Assembly (NCBI GenBank): GCA_964016885.1
Contig: OZ024740.1
Span: 162,998,001 to 163,062,000, forward strand
Direction: 5' to 3'
DNA: 64,000 nucleotides
From: Eledone cirrhosa
Lineage: Eukaryota
The position numbers were made by a program, and so were the translations under genes. The notes below the pieces were generated by a model. It worked only from the letters and a program-made list of their open reading frames with translations. It ran no database searches and was not told where the DNA came from. Positions 25,545 through 38,762 of this stretch are shown piece after piece. Numbering within the stretch: position 1 is the stretch's first letter; each line of letters begins with the position of its first letter.

Positions 25545-25685
25545 TTGAACTATGTGGTTTGGGGTTCAGTCCCATTGCATGGAATCTTAGACAAAGTGTC
25601 TTTCACTATAGCCCCATGCTGCCTAATGACTTGTGAGTAAAAGTTTTAGACAGAAACCGTAAAGAAGCCCATCATGTATGTAGTT
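25545..25685 (+). mobile_element. Decayed CORE-type SINE
   Basis: 'ggttcagtcccattgc...cttagacaaagtgtctt...gacagaaaccgtaaagaagccc'; reverse copy at about 48180-48335. Confidence 0.6.
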
Positions 25686-26699
25686 GTTCAGCACAGCCAT
25701 CATACTGAAACTGTTTATATGGCATGTGGTGAGTTATTTATGTCTCCCATAAACAATGTCTTGTAACACAACAGTTCGACAAACATCAGCAGCATATACC
25801 ATACTTATAATAAAGCATAAATTGGTGTAAGTAAAAGCACACACACACATACACACTCAATTGGCTAAGATGGTAGACTTTTCTAACTTAAAGGCAAGGG
25901 CAGTAGAGTGAGAAGAAATTTACTCCTTTTGATACAAAATACCATGCCTATTTTTTATTTAGTTAATATATTCAAGAATTTGGAGAGATTTAGTAAAAGA
26001 GTTAACTTTTTCATTATAAGCATATGCTTGAAACATAACTTTAACAAAAGTTATGTTTCAAGTGAAATTATGATGGAATGTTTAAATTTATTTATGAACA
26101 CTTTAAAATACAAGGTTTCATAGAATCAGAGGCTGTCTCAGGTGATTTAGTAGGAAAAGGCTTAATGATCTGTTTTACTATTTCACAAATGACAATTTTT
26201 TTATTGTAGAAATTGCCTTTAGAAAATAGTGTAAATCAAAGTTTTACACAATTGCCAGTTGTAACATTAACATACAATCTCAAAAGGGGAACATTATGAA
26301 ATAGTGGACATTGTTTAGCTTAATTAATAGAAAAACACAAACTAAAAGAGCTGATATAAGAAAAAAAACACAAACTAAAAGAGCTGATATAATTTAAAAA
26401 AAAAAAAAAATTTGAAGATACTGAATGATGGATTTGTACTTTTAAAGAATGAATTGCTATATAATAATATATATGATTTATTTTGTCATGATGTTATATT
26501 TCAAATGAAATATAACAAAATATTCAAAACAATTTTGAAATTTAACAAAAATTTGGAAAGATTTAGTAATTTAATTAAATTTCTCGTTATTAAGCTGGTA
26601 ATATGAACATAGATTAACAAAGGTTCTTACATGATGGAACGTTTTTAGATAAATATATAAACTTTAAAGCAAATAGTATTTTGTACTATTTTTCTTCTT

Positions 26700-27350
26700 C
26701 CCCTCAAGGATGCCTGTGCAATGCATTCTATATGTGAATGGATTTCCACTGAAGCAGGTAGAAAAGTTCAAGTATCTCGGGGCCATGTTCACAAGTGATT
26801 GAAGGCAGAGAAGGCTGAAATAAGTGCAAGAATTGCAGGAGCTGGTGCAGTAATGTGCCAGCTTCAGCATTCAGTAATCAGAAAAAGAGAGGTAGGTGTA
26901 AAAGCCAAACTCACTATCTTCAATTTGGTATTTGTGCCAACCCTTACCTATGGTAATGACTGAAAGAATATGATCATGAATACAAGTGATCGAAATGGGG
27001 TTCCTCCGAAAGGTCTTTGGAGTAACATTACTCGATAGAGTGCATAGCTTGGAGATCAAAGAGTCACTCCAGGTAGAGCTGCTACTTCTCCGAATTGAGA
27101 GATCACAGCTCTGATACTATGGACATGTGGTGAAAATGTCAGGAAAGAATCGTTGGGCAGATTTTACAGGCAAAACCAACTGGCAGGAGACCTAAAGGTA
27201 GACCCTGAGCAAGATGGTTGGATAACATCCATGAGCATGGCTGGTCTCACTTGGGGATCCAGCCGAGATAGTTGAAGGTTGCTTCTGAGAGGACCCACTG
27301 GAAGGAATGTTTGAGGACCCTGACCCCACAACCCTCTCAGGAATAAGTGG
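26700..27350 (+). mobile_element. Decayed RTE LINE 3' fragment (separate family)
   Basis: LKQVEKFKYLG, FVPTLTYG, EMGFLRK, YGHVVKM and GRRPKGRP remnants with stops and frameshifts. Confidence 0.85.
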
Positions 27351-29104
27351 GAGGAGGAGAAGGAGAAGAATTTTGCTCTTGAGAATTTTGACAAAAACAA
27401 TGTTATTGGCTCTCTTCCTTGGATAAAATAACCAAAAGAAGCTAACTCACTGTAATGTTAAGATAAATTCTTACAAGTTTTAAAATTTACTAGGTTTGAA
27501 CATGAACATTTTTATATCTAAGTCTAGGAATAATTAGCAGGATTTTTCTATTTCTAATGAGACATTTGGGAATAACTGACTCTAATTATAACATTTTTTT
27601 CTTTTTCATCAAGCAAATTTTTGAGATAATCTCCTTAAAAAATCAGAATTCATTACTATTTAGAAAATGCAATAATTAAGACAATCGTTCTATCAATCCA
27701 GAGGAGAATTGATTTTCTCTATCTTAACATTACATCTACAACATAAGTCAATTATTTCATCATATACTTCTTATGAAAATGAAACAAATTTAAAGAGCAG
27801 GGTTTTATGTAGTAGCTGAAGATTTACAAGTAAAAAGAACACACAGAGACGATATCCAAGACACATTCTTTAAATTATCAACCATTTAAGTTATGAATTA
27901 GAAGTGATGAATCGACACGAGGCTTTTTGTTAGTTGATTATTTTTCTCTTCTTGACACAAGGATTAATAAGTATATTTTAGAAAAAGTGTAAGGAGCTCA
28001 ATCAGAGAAATCTCAATATTATAATGCTAATTATTTTACTGGACAATACGTTAGATCTGATGAAACCTAACTCCAGCATGGTGAAACACTAAATTAAATT
28101 ACTAAAGGAAACCAGTTCAATTCTCTCCCATATGCCACCAACTCACTTAAATTAGTCATAAATCAATAATGACATCTTTTAGAAGAATTGATATGTTTTA
28201 TAAGCAATAATAACAATGAAATGGTTTTACAAATAATCAATGAATAATGCAATCAATTAATTAGAATAACTAATTTTCCATAAATTAGATTACCATTATT
28301 GAGTTCTGATAATTATTGGTGCAGTAAATAGGAGGCCATATTTTACTAGAGATATTTCCCATTTTTTTGTTTTAGACTTTCAATTGTCTAGTTGTTGCCT
28401 GGAATGTATCTTTAAAGTAAATAACTGGGTGAAACTACCACACAGCTATAAATGAAAAGACATTCTAAGTGTAGATCCAAATGAATCTATTATGAGTAAT
28501 CACTCCAAACTTTGATTATGACTACCCTTTAATATCATGTAATGATTTAACAGAAAATATCTAAAAACGAGCTTGTTAATTCAAAGGTTATAGCATCTTT
28601 ATTGGGGAAGATACTGCTGTGAAAATTGGAGTAAACTAATGTAAAGATCATAGTTTTTAATGTGATGCAACCATAGTTCTCTTTTGTCACACTAATGAGG
28701 ATTCATGCAATACAGATGTTTGAAGTTAAACTGGTGTATGATTTCTTTTTTATATTATTTTTTTTTTTTTTTTACTGATTGCTAAATTAATATAGTGAAA
28801 ATTTATATAGTTGAAGTTTAAAGTAGATCTAGATCCAACAGATTTATTATTTGTTTTCAGATATTTGGTGAATTTGTAACACAATTTCACTAACTGACAT
28901 ATAAAACAGAGCCACCATCACATCTAAATATTGCATGAAGGTAAACATTAAAAATGTTACAATAAGTTTGTAGGGTTTCTGTAAAATATATTTTATGTTC
29001 TGCTCAAGAAATAAAACATGAGATCTTTTACATGTAATTTTAAGGAATTAACTTGTTCAGTGAAGGCTATCAACTAAATCATATTATGAAATATTGATAT
29101 CTAA

Positions 29105-29305
29105 TTTAGGTACAAGGCAAGCAAATTTGGGGGAATGGCAAGGTTGATTAAATCAACCCCAATACTTGACTGGTACTTTTTTGATCGACCTTGAAAAGAT
29201 GAAAAACAAAGTTGACCTCTGCAGGATTTGAACTCAATGTAAAGAGACGGAACAAATGGCACAAAGCATTTTGTCCAACATGCTAACAATTCTGCTGCCC
29301 TTGTC
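29105..29305 (-). mobile_element. Meta-type SINE
   Basis: Tail, core and B-box recognisable ('ggatttgaactca'). Confidence 0.85.
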
Positions 29306-32072
29306 ACTATGAAATAGTGTAATTATTTGTTAATTAAATACTGTTCAACAGCCACCTTCTCACATTTGATGAGTAAAAGTAATTTCCCAATGAAGGCCTG
29401 TGTTTTAGGCATTGTTGTTTAACCCCAGGCTTATATGGATTTAGCAAACCTATGGTCAAAGGCAGTCTTGCTATGGTAATACCATCTTTTTCCCAAATAT
29501 AGTGTAACAAGGTTTACATTTTCTAACATATCCTTCCATTTAATATGATAGGGTTTGATTTGATGGAAATTTGTCTGCTATTATTTCTAGAAGGTTCAGC
29601 TCTGCAGCCTAGTTTTAATTCCTGGTAAAACATACTTTACTTAACTTACACATTTAATGTTTTTAGAAAACGGTATGAACATCATAAATTATAAACTGAA
29701 AACTTTTTCTCATTCTCCATATAAAAGATGAATATAACTTTAATAAATAATGTTCTCTTTGCTCAATTAAACCCACCATATCATAAATATAAAATAACTT
29801 ACACTAAATTTATTTAGCATTACTGGTTATGTATACAAGATATATTAGAGATACAATTATATATAAAAAGAATTACACTAAATTTATTTAGTATTTCAGG
29901 TTATGTTTGTAAGATTTAGAGAAAGAAACAGTCAATCACATATATGATAAATAATATAACCATTTATTTTACTTCAAAGAAGAAAATGACTGTTGTGCAA
30001 ACTAATTTCAAATAAAAATCAAAATAAACAATATTAAATCAACTTTTACAAATAGATACAATGAAACTAATCTATATCAGAATAAGGCAACCACCCAAAT
30101 GCTGGTGCTATGATAAATTCAGAGATACTGAAGGGTGGAGTGGACTCTTTAATTTTGTAGAGGGTGTGGCCACTGGTCTAGTGCTGGTGTTACAATAAAA
30201 TAAATGCAGTACATTCTATAAAGTGGTTAGTTAAAAAATGGAAACAATATTGGGTCAAGAGAATTTTTTAGTCTTACCAGAGACATGATAAACCCTTTAA
30301 AATGGATTACATAAACCCTAAGCGTCCCCAAAATGGAATGTACATGTGAAATGTGGTTGCAACCTATCCAGTAAAGCTGAATAAGAACTGGGCTAGTCCT
30401 TGACAATCTGGCTAACTCAAGGAAAAGCTTGGAAAAGCAGACATAAACTAGGAATAGTTAACAAATGAAAGTTTCTCAAGAGTTATCTATATGAAAAGAA
30501 ATATAGATCAGGTCAATTAGTAAACTATAGAGCCATCCTGTCAAATGTAAGGTCATGTGCTATGTCAGAAATCAATATGAGAAGAAACAGATCAGCTTGT
30601 TAGCGTAATTAGTAGAGCAGTGGAAAAAATGTTTTATAGTATTTATTTTCACCATCTATAATACATTCTGAGTTGAAATCCTGCTTTGGGATCAGATATA
30701 ACTTTCATCCCTCCAAAATTGATAAAATAAGTAGCGTTAATATACTAGAGAGCCGATTCAATCAATTATGCTCCTCATCTACAAATATTCAATGTGTGCC
30801 TGAAAGAAATCAATATTATTAAAAAAAACTTAGAACAGTGACTATGGCTGAAACACAAGCAATCCAGATTGTCTTTCATCTCACTAGAACCATTAAGTAC
30901 AATATCATACAAACAACTGAACCATTCACTTACAAAAAACAAATGTATACATAGTATAATGAGAAATACAATAGGTTGATAAACTTGTATGACACAAGAT
31001 AGTTTAGATTTATGATTAATATCTAAATAACATTTAACAACCTTTTTTAAAAACCAAGTTTTATAATAATTGGTTTACTTGTTCAAATTGTATTCAACAG
31101 GATACATTTTCCCTACTAAAGTACTCATAATAGGATCCTTTACGAGGCAATATTTTATGACCAGATGCCATAAAAACCCTTTTAGTTGCTTTTTACAATA
31201 TGCAGGAATACACACATTTATTTAAGCAAATGCAACATTATTTAATAACTAGATGTGTCTTTAATCTTATTAAAACTTTTGGAAAATAAAGTCTTGAAAA
31301 ATTGAGCAGCTTAAATCTAATATTTTGGAATTTTGTGTTTTATAACATAGATATAAATTAAATGGCAAATCATATATTTGCAATGTTTAGGTTTTGGGGA
31401 TTAATTGATTCTAGAGTAGCTAATAAAAATAAAATTAAAGGATGTGGTGCATGAAATGTCCTTTTTTATTTTTTAATGTTTAATCAGGGAAGGAAGATTA
31501 GTAGCCATGACACTTTTCAGGACGTTTGTGACTAGTGAAAGGGAGAAAGGTTTCCTTAGATTGGATATCTGGTCCAAATGTTGCAACAAGGTGGACTCTG
31601 CTAAAAGCATTTAGGGCCATGTGGGGATGTTAAAACAGATCTTAGATGAAGCTTACCAACTAAATAGACCACAGCTGGATTTGGACTCAGAAAGTAAAGT
31701 ACTGGAACAAATACTGCAAAGTATTACATCCAACACTCTAACAATCCTGCCAATCCAATACTCTGGGCTGGTACTTTATTTTGACACCAAAAGTTTGAAA
31801 AACAATATGGACCTCAGTTGCATTTGAACTTGGAATGCAGAGTATCAGAAGAAAGATTGTAAGGTATTTTGCACCGTAATGACTGCAAATTTGTCACTTA
31901 ATATTTGAATGATTTAAAATTCTAAACTCTGTTAGATTCTTTCACTCCTCAAAGCAGATCAACTTACTGAAGTCTTCAATGGATTAACTTTTCCTTATGC
32001 AGACCACTTCTAGCTCTCTCAGATTCCAGATGTTATAGTATCCTTCCTTTAGTTGACTAAGTCTTCTTAGTG

Positions 32073-32370
32073 AAGGCAAGTGGCTTAGTGATTAGAGTGT
32101 TTGGCTCATGATTATAAGGGCACAGGTTCAATTCCCAGCAGCACATTGTATTCTTGAACAGGACACTTTATTTGACATTTCTCCAGTGCAACCATGTGGC
32201 AAAAATATGTTGTAGCTGAAAATTCAAAGGACCAACCTTGTATACTGTGTCATTGATTCACCTTGAGAACTATCTTAAGAGTACACAAGTCTGGGATGGT
32301 TGTTCCATTGATCAAACAACTAGAACAATTATCTGAACAGACAACAACACATCTTAAAAATGGAAAATAG
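32073..32370 (+). mobile_element. tRNA-headed SINE with CORE/V-like middle
   Basis: A-box TGGCTTAGTGA, B-box GGTTCAATTCC, 'ttcttgaacaggacacttt' core. Confidence 0.7.
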
Positions 32371-32412
32371 ATTTCATTATGTAGCATTGTTTTCAAGTTA
32401 TATAAGCATTAA

Positions 32413-32645
32413 CTCTTTACATACTAACCTGCCCAAGACCACTTCTGTTTCTATGAAACAAAACTACCATTTTAAAGGGGTTCTTACTTCAATTAAAGTC
32501 TTCCAAGATAATTTTATATATTAACATTTTGTTATGTTACAGATGTCATCTTAATGAAATTGTAATTTTAGTCAATCCTTCTCAAAATTCTTCATTAATT
32601 AATTAGAATATAAAGTATTTAATTAGAAACATGGTAATGAAAGGG
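32413..32645. mobile_element. piggyBac-like MITE
   Basis: TTAA|CTCTTT...AAAGGG|TTAA. Confidence 0.7.
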
Positions 32646-32901
32646 TTAAAGGCAGTAAACTGACAGAAGCATAAGAAAGTTGGATGAATTGCCTTGAGGT
32701 ATTTATTCCAGCTCATTACCACATGATTTCAAATCTTGCCAAATATAAAGTCCCAGTTAAGGCAGTGAACTGGTGGAATTGTTAGTGCCAGATGAGGTAA
32801 CATGTGGCATTTGTCCAGGCTCTTTCTATATCAAGTTTAATTCCTCCTACCAGCTACTACAGAAGGTATTGGAGTCTTATCATGAACATAAACATAGTTA
32901 A

Positions 32902-33163
32902 CCCTTTTGTTACCAAACTGCCTAGAACTGCCCTGGGTTCTACAATATGAAACAGCTTGTTTTAAAGTGCTTATATTTATTTTAAAAAACATCCATCATA
33001 ATTTTATTGAAGAACTTTTGTTAAGTTATACTCCAAAAACCTACTTAATGAAAAAGTTAGTTATATTACTAAATCCTTCGAAATTCTTGATTATTTTCGA
33101 AATTATTTCAAAATCATTAACAACCTTTTTCATTAAGAATATAAGAATATGGTAATGAAAGGG
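32902..33163. mobile_element. piggyBac-like MITE
   Basis: TTAA|CCCTTTTGTTACC...GGTAATGAAAGGG|TTTA; several related copies in the window. Confidence 0.8.
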
Positions 33164-33698
33164 TTTATCATGGATAACATTAAAGTTATCCATGGTATTT
33201 AACCTGCTGAGAGCAGACACTACCTGAGAGTGAACATTAAGGAAGCTGTTCGAATCATAAATCATTTATTCTACATATAAATGTGTATCTCTTAATTCAT
33301 ACTTTCAAACAACAACAAAAACAAACAAAATTTTAGATAGCATAAATTATGACAAAAGAAATAAAAATGATAATTAAAAGGGGTGAAGTATATGTTGTTC
33401 AATAACAATTAAATGATAAAGTTAACATTCTACAACTTGTTGAACTGAATAGCTAAGGATAAGTCAAGAAAATAAATTAAATATTACAGTTAAATTTATG
33501 CAGAATAATATATATATATATATATATATATAGATAGGTAAATTTACACGGGTGTGTATGATTGTGTATAGAAGATTATATTAATAAGAGGAATTCCAAC
33601 TTTGTCTGATTTACTCGTTTTATTTACAATCCTTTAAAATATATATAATGGTATTATAATGAAATAGTATGATAGAATATTAAATTCTAAGTGTTAAT

Positions 33699-33737
33699 TG
33701 AACAAGTACTTTCATGCTTTTGCAATCTTCAGGTTCA
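33699..33737 (-). ncRNA. Minimal type I hammerhead ribozyme motif
   Basis: UGAAC CUGAAGA UUGC AAAA GCAU GAAA GUAC UU GUUCA. Confidence 0.75.
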
Positions 33738-33810
33738 TGATATGTGGTGACAGTCGAGTTTGCAATTTTCAACTGTTGAAGATTGCAAACTCGACTGTCA
33801 CCACATATCA

Positions 33811-33849
33811 TGAACCTGAAGATTGCGAAAGCATGAAAGTACTTGTTCA
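33811..33849 (+). ncRNA. Minimal type I hammerhead ribozyme motif
   Basis: Stem I UGAAC/GUUCA, core CUGAAGA, stem II UGC-GAAA-GCA, GAAA, palindromic stem III AGUACU, then U at the cleavage position. Confidence 0.8.
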
Positions 33850-34789
33850 ATTAACACTTAGAATTTAATATTCTATCATACTATTTCATTATAATACCAT
33901 TATATATATTTTAAAGGATTGTAAATAAAACGAGTAAATCAGACAAAGTTGGAATTCCTCTTATTAATATATATATATATATATATATATCAGATAAGTG
34001 ATAGAAAGGGTTAAATAAAAAAAATTGTCACAGTATTAAATCATTAAAAGTAAAATTAAAATCTTACTGCTGAGGGGAATTTAATCACCAACCTGCTTCA
34101 AGTAAGATGACTTAGAAACAAGAAGACACCAAACAACAACACCTGACTATATCCTCGTGCTAATTATGCATACGTAATAATATACGCCTACAAAATATTG
34201 TATCTTTAAATGGTTACATCCAACAAGGTGAAATGAGGGTGTGTTATTCAGAATTGACTGACAGATTTCATTATATACATTTAGATAAGTTGTTAAATAA
34301 ATCAGAAAAATTACACACACTAACTACTAAGGACAACATTTTTGAAAAACCAGCAACCCAAAAATTGGTTGCCCAACAGAACTAGGTACTTATCTTTGGT
34401 ATTCTCAATAGTATTTATCTGCCTGCTCAGCAACTAAATAGACAGCTTGTCAAAAGTAATAGATTTTAATGTCAGACACATTAAAAGGTTACTAATGATT
34501 TTTGAAAAGGTTGTTTGATTATGGTTATCCACTACAACAAAAATAAGTTATCGTTTTCATTCATTTTTTTTTTTTTGTGAAAATGTACAATAACTTGATT
34601 TCATTTTATCCATCACCTAGCTTCATACCACTGCTTACCCCTTGGGTGCCTTTATCAAGGTACACTTTTTTTGCAAACATTTGGACCAGATCTCAGGATT
34701 GAGGATATCTTCCTCCCAACAGTCTTAGATGTCATGAAAAAGACCATGGGCATGGAATTTACTAAAGCTATTATTTCCTTATTAAAATG

Positions 34790-34987
34790 GTTTCTACTTT
34801 AGGCACAAGGCCTGCAATTTATGGGGCAAGGAAAGTAGATTATACTGATCCTAGTACTTAACTGGTACTTTATTTTATCAACCTCGAAAGAATAAAAGGC
34901 AAAGTTGACCTCAGAATGTAAAGAGCCAGAATAAATACCTCTAAGCATCTGTACAATGCTCTCACAATTCTGACAATCCACCACCCT
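34790..34987 (-). mobile_element. Meta-type SINE with internal deletion
   Basis: Tail and core present; B-box region missing. Confidence 0.8.
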
Positions 34988-35318
34988 AAACAATAATAAT
35001 AATAATAACAATAACAATAATAATCCATATCCTACTGATATTCTTCCATAAAAAATTCATGGGTTCACAAATGATTAATAAAATAACCTGACATTTTCTA
35101 AATATTTGCTGATTTTTTTGTTTACATTAGTTGAGTCTACAACACAGAATACTTCATGGCATTTTGATCTAGTATATTCAATATAATGAGACTGAATTTT
35201 CAAAGTGTGTGGTCTATTACTTCTACGGGCCATAAAATACCAAATACTTGTCTACTAATTTCTCTGCTCTTGTTCAGATTTAGTAAACCTTGATGTCTGG
35301 GTGTCATTGATGATATCA

Positions 35319-36273
35319 CATCATCATCGTTTAACGTCCATCTTCCACGCTTTCTTGGTGTTGGACGCGAGTTTTCCCTCTTGAGGCAAGAGTGGTTGTC
35401 TTGCTCGCATAGGACTGTCTGGCGAGTTTTCTACGGCTGGATGCCCTTCCTAACACCAACCACGTTTACAGTGTGGACTGGGAGGTTTTACTGTGTTACC
35501 TACACGGCCACATTACAGTGTGGACTGTGTGTCTTTTGTCATGACACCTACACGACCTCATTTGTTTCGGATTGGATGTTGTGGTACCAACATAACTTTA
35601 CATTGAAAGGGGTGGTGTGGATGGGGTGGGGGTGGTGTGGACGGGGTGAGGGTGGTGTGGATGGGGTGGGGGTAGTGGGACGGGGGTGTATTTGTTAGAG
35701 GTGCCTACTGACTGTAGTACGTTTCACTTTGTACTTAGGTAAAGCGGGTCTTCTCTATTACTGTGTAGCGCCAAAGATCTCGGTCCAGTGATATTGTCTT
35801 GAAGAGGTGTAAGTGTGTGAGGTCGGAATTTATCAAGTCGTCCCAGGTTTTTCTGGGTCTGCCTACTCCGTGGCTACCGTCTATTTTTATTGCCTGCACT
35901 TTTTTTATACAGCTGTCGTCTTTCATGCGCATCACGTGACCATACCAACGTAGTCTTTTCTCGAGTAAACAACATCTGATCCCTCTTATTTTTAATTTTT
36001 CCCTTAGTTCGTTTATGCTTTGCCATTCACATATATTACTATTACACATCCAGCAGAGCATGCAAGCTTCGTTCCTCTCCAGTCTGCGTATATCCTCTGC
36101 ACACAATGCCCAGGTCTCACTGCCATGTAACATTGCTGTTCGTATGCAGGCATCATACAGCCTGCCTTTCATTTTTAGAGAGAACCCTTTAGCAGCTAAT
36201 AGTGGTATAAGCTCTCTGAACTTTTTCCATCCAGTTCTGACTCTAGCTACTGTACTTTCAGAGCACCCTCCAC
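35319..36273 (-). mobile_element. RTE LINE family A, 5'-truncated
   Basis: Open frame ...MLHGSETW...RLRWYGHVMRM...GRPRKTW; reverse complement of 10460-11397. Confidence 0.95.
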
Positions 36274-36934
36274 AATAAAATTAAAACATGTCTAGAGTTA
36301 TCTTCCATAGTTGCTGTAATAATTAAAGTCATATTGGTTATTGATAATCATCATTATTTCTAGTTAACTTTGTATTAAAAATGTTAATACTAATTTAACT
36401 AGCATCCTGATTTAGGATGTGATCATCCTCAGGTACTTAAATTCAATTCCATTCATCCATATCCCCACTTCTTTTGTAGTTTAGCAATAACATAAAATGA
36501 GCAGTATACAGAAACAGTTCAGAGCTTCTCAAAGACTAGGATAAAGAATAGAATGTTGAGGAGAGTATCTTTATGGACAACCATCTTACTTTTGTGTTTC
36601 ATGTATAACCTGATCAGCTCCCATGATTCAGTCACCCAAGTCTAACTTGTCATTTAGATTAATCCTTTCATGAACATATTTCTAATTAAATACATTATAT
36701 TTCAATTAATTAATAAAAGATTTAGAGGAATTTACTGAAACTATTATTTCATTATTAAAATCGTATTTGTTACTTAATTTAATGAAAGTTTCTTATACAA
36801 AATTATGTTGGAAGGTTTTGCTTTAAAATGTGCAATTTTGTTTTATAGAACCAGACGCAGTTTCGAAGTTCACAAAGGCAAGAAAAAGATGTTAGTTGTT
36901 AAATAAATTCTCTACTGACAGCTGCTTTCTTTAA

Positions 36935-37142
36935 CGCTTTAGCATTTAAACAGGCCATATCCGGCCAGAATTTTCTCACCTCTTTCAGTTCAAACTGGTC
37001 ATAATTGACTGCTCATACCGATATTAAGGTATTGTTCTCAAAATAAATAATATCAAAATCTCATAGATTCAATATTATGTGAAGTAAAGCGTTTTCTGTG
37101 AAAACGCAATAGTAAATATAGAATAATGTGAATACTAAAGGG
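36935..37142. mobile_element. piggyBac-like MITE (second family)
   Basis: TTAA|CGCTTTAGCATT...AATACTAAAGGG|TTAA; sister copy at 52859-53078. Confidence 0.85.
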
Positions 37143-38762
37143 TTAATATAGAGCATGTAGATCCATATCCCTTTCTACAACATAGTTGTTCCCTTAGATT
37201 AAATCCCCTATATTTTACCTTCTCTAATAAATCACATTTACCTCTGTATTAATTGATAATGGTACTATGCTGCTCATCGTCAGAGATATCACTTTATTGT
37301 GTAATCTAACTAAAATAAGTGACACACACAGTACCAATACATTCAGTTTCTTTCAGCATTTTAGTAATTAACCATAGTATCATTTATCTTATCTTGTCTT
37401 CAAATTCCAGCTTGATTTTTCATTTGCTGTGTCTGCTCTCTAACCTTTTCAGACTCTTATACTCAAAATCTTCTGATAGCAACACATCTAAGCCTCTTTT
37501 GTTTCATTATCAGTAATGGCAAATATATGCATCTATATCATTCGAAACACTTTCTCACTAATATCCATATTTGTTCTGATAGACTATACTGTAATTCAAT
37601 ATATTTCATAGCTTTCTTATCCTTTTGTTACAGAAGGTTATTGGCAACGTCCCAGTTGTATCTTCTAGTCAAGATAACCTGACTTTTAGCTCTCTACTTG
37701 TTATTGCTGTCTAGACCCATATCAGACTTGATCTGGTAGAATTATGATAAATCCTGTCTTATTTACAGACAATATATTTATGACTATTCTCTAATATATA
37801 CTTTCATTTAAAAAATATTAGTCAGTGATTTGAAGGAGATTTGGTCCCTATCTATAGTAGGTTGAGCTGCATCATAGACTCCATCTTTGACTCATTCCAC
37901 TTTGGTACTAGTGCAACAATTTAGCTTGTAGATTAAATGATGAAATCCTAATTATGAAACTATAACACAAAAGAGGCTGTTTCAATAATTCTTGAAATCA
38001 ATTTACATGCAACTACTGAATAGAGAATGATTTAGAAATTTATATTATTTGACAATAACTTCTAATATAAAAATTTATAATGAAAAATATGCACACTTAT
38101 GTACTCACATCAATGTACAGTATATATTGAGATACTGAACAAGAAATGCTGAAATATATAATTCTATCTTGTTGTCTACATTCCATAAACTATACTAAAA
38201 TCAACAAAAAAGTGCAAATAATGCAATTTTAATAAGAGATGCCGTGTTATCTTCATGACCTTTTCAAATAAATTCTCTTAAGAGAAGGAATATTACAAAA
38301 AGATAAACAAAACAAACTTTTCCTTTCTTCTTTCTTTTAATAGATAATTACAATATATTATGATATATAAGTTTGTATATGTTGCTGTGTATGTATGTAT
38401 GTATGTGTATGAATGTATGTATGTATGACATATGTATGTATTAGTGTGTGTGTTGAATTGTACTACAGGGTTCTTGTTATCTCTTCTAGTTTCCTCTTAA
38501 CTTTTCATAAATAACCTTTCTGTCACTTCTAACTTTATATTAATGCATTTTCCAATGACGACTATTTTCCTCTTTGACGTCAAACCTGATATCAAAATAT
38601 GCTGCCTTTTAAAAATCTTCCACATGCCACTGAATTACAATTGTTTCTATGTCACAGATATAAGGGAGTTCGTCACCCAATACTGAAACAACTGAAGACA
38701 AGCTTCTCTGTTGCCAACTGATCTGCTAGAAATAGTAGCCAAATCACTTTCTACAACATCAA

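Larger units (their letters stand above)
33531..33971. mobile_element. Palindromic element in (TA)n; probable Penelope-like inverted pseudo-LTR
   Basis: 197-bp inverted arms centred on 33774 with 2 mismatches; hammerhead motif in each arm; left end repeated at 63923-64000. Confidence 0.8.

Noticed and set aside
28058-28090. CTGATGA-aacc...ggt-GAAA hammerhead-like core
   Set aside because: No convincing stem I or stem III/UH; cannot be separated from chance.
29797-29915. Direct repeat with a minus-strand gtaagt donor
   Set aside because: A local duplication with no coding or acceptor support.
34068-34112. Candidate upstream non-coding SLC4 exon (minus-strand donor CA|gtaaga with a pyrimidine tract upstream)
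   Set aside because: Splice-like motifs are frequent by chance; there is no independent support without transcripts.
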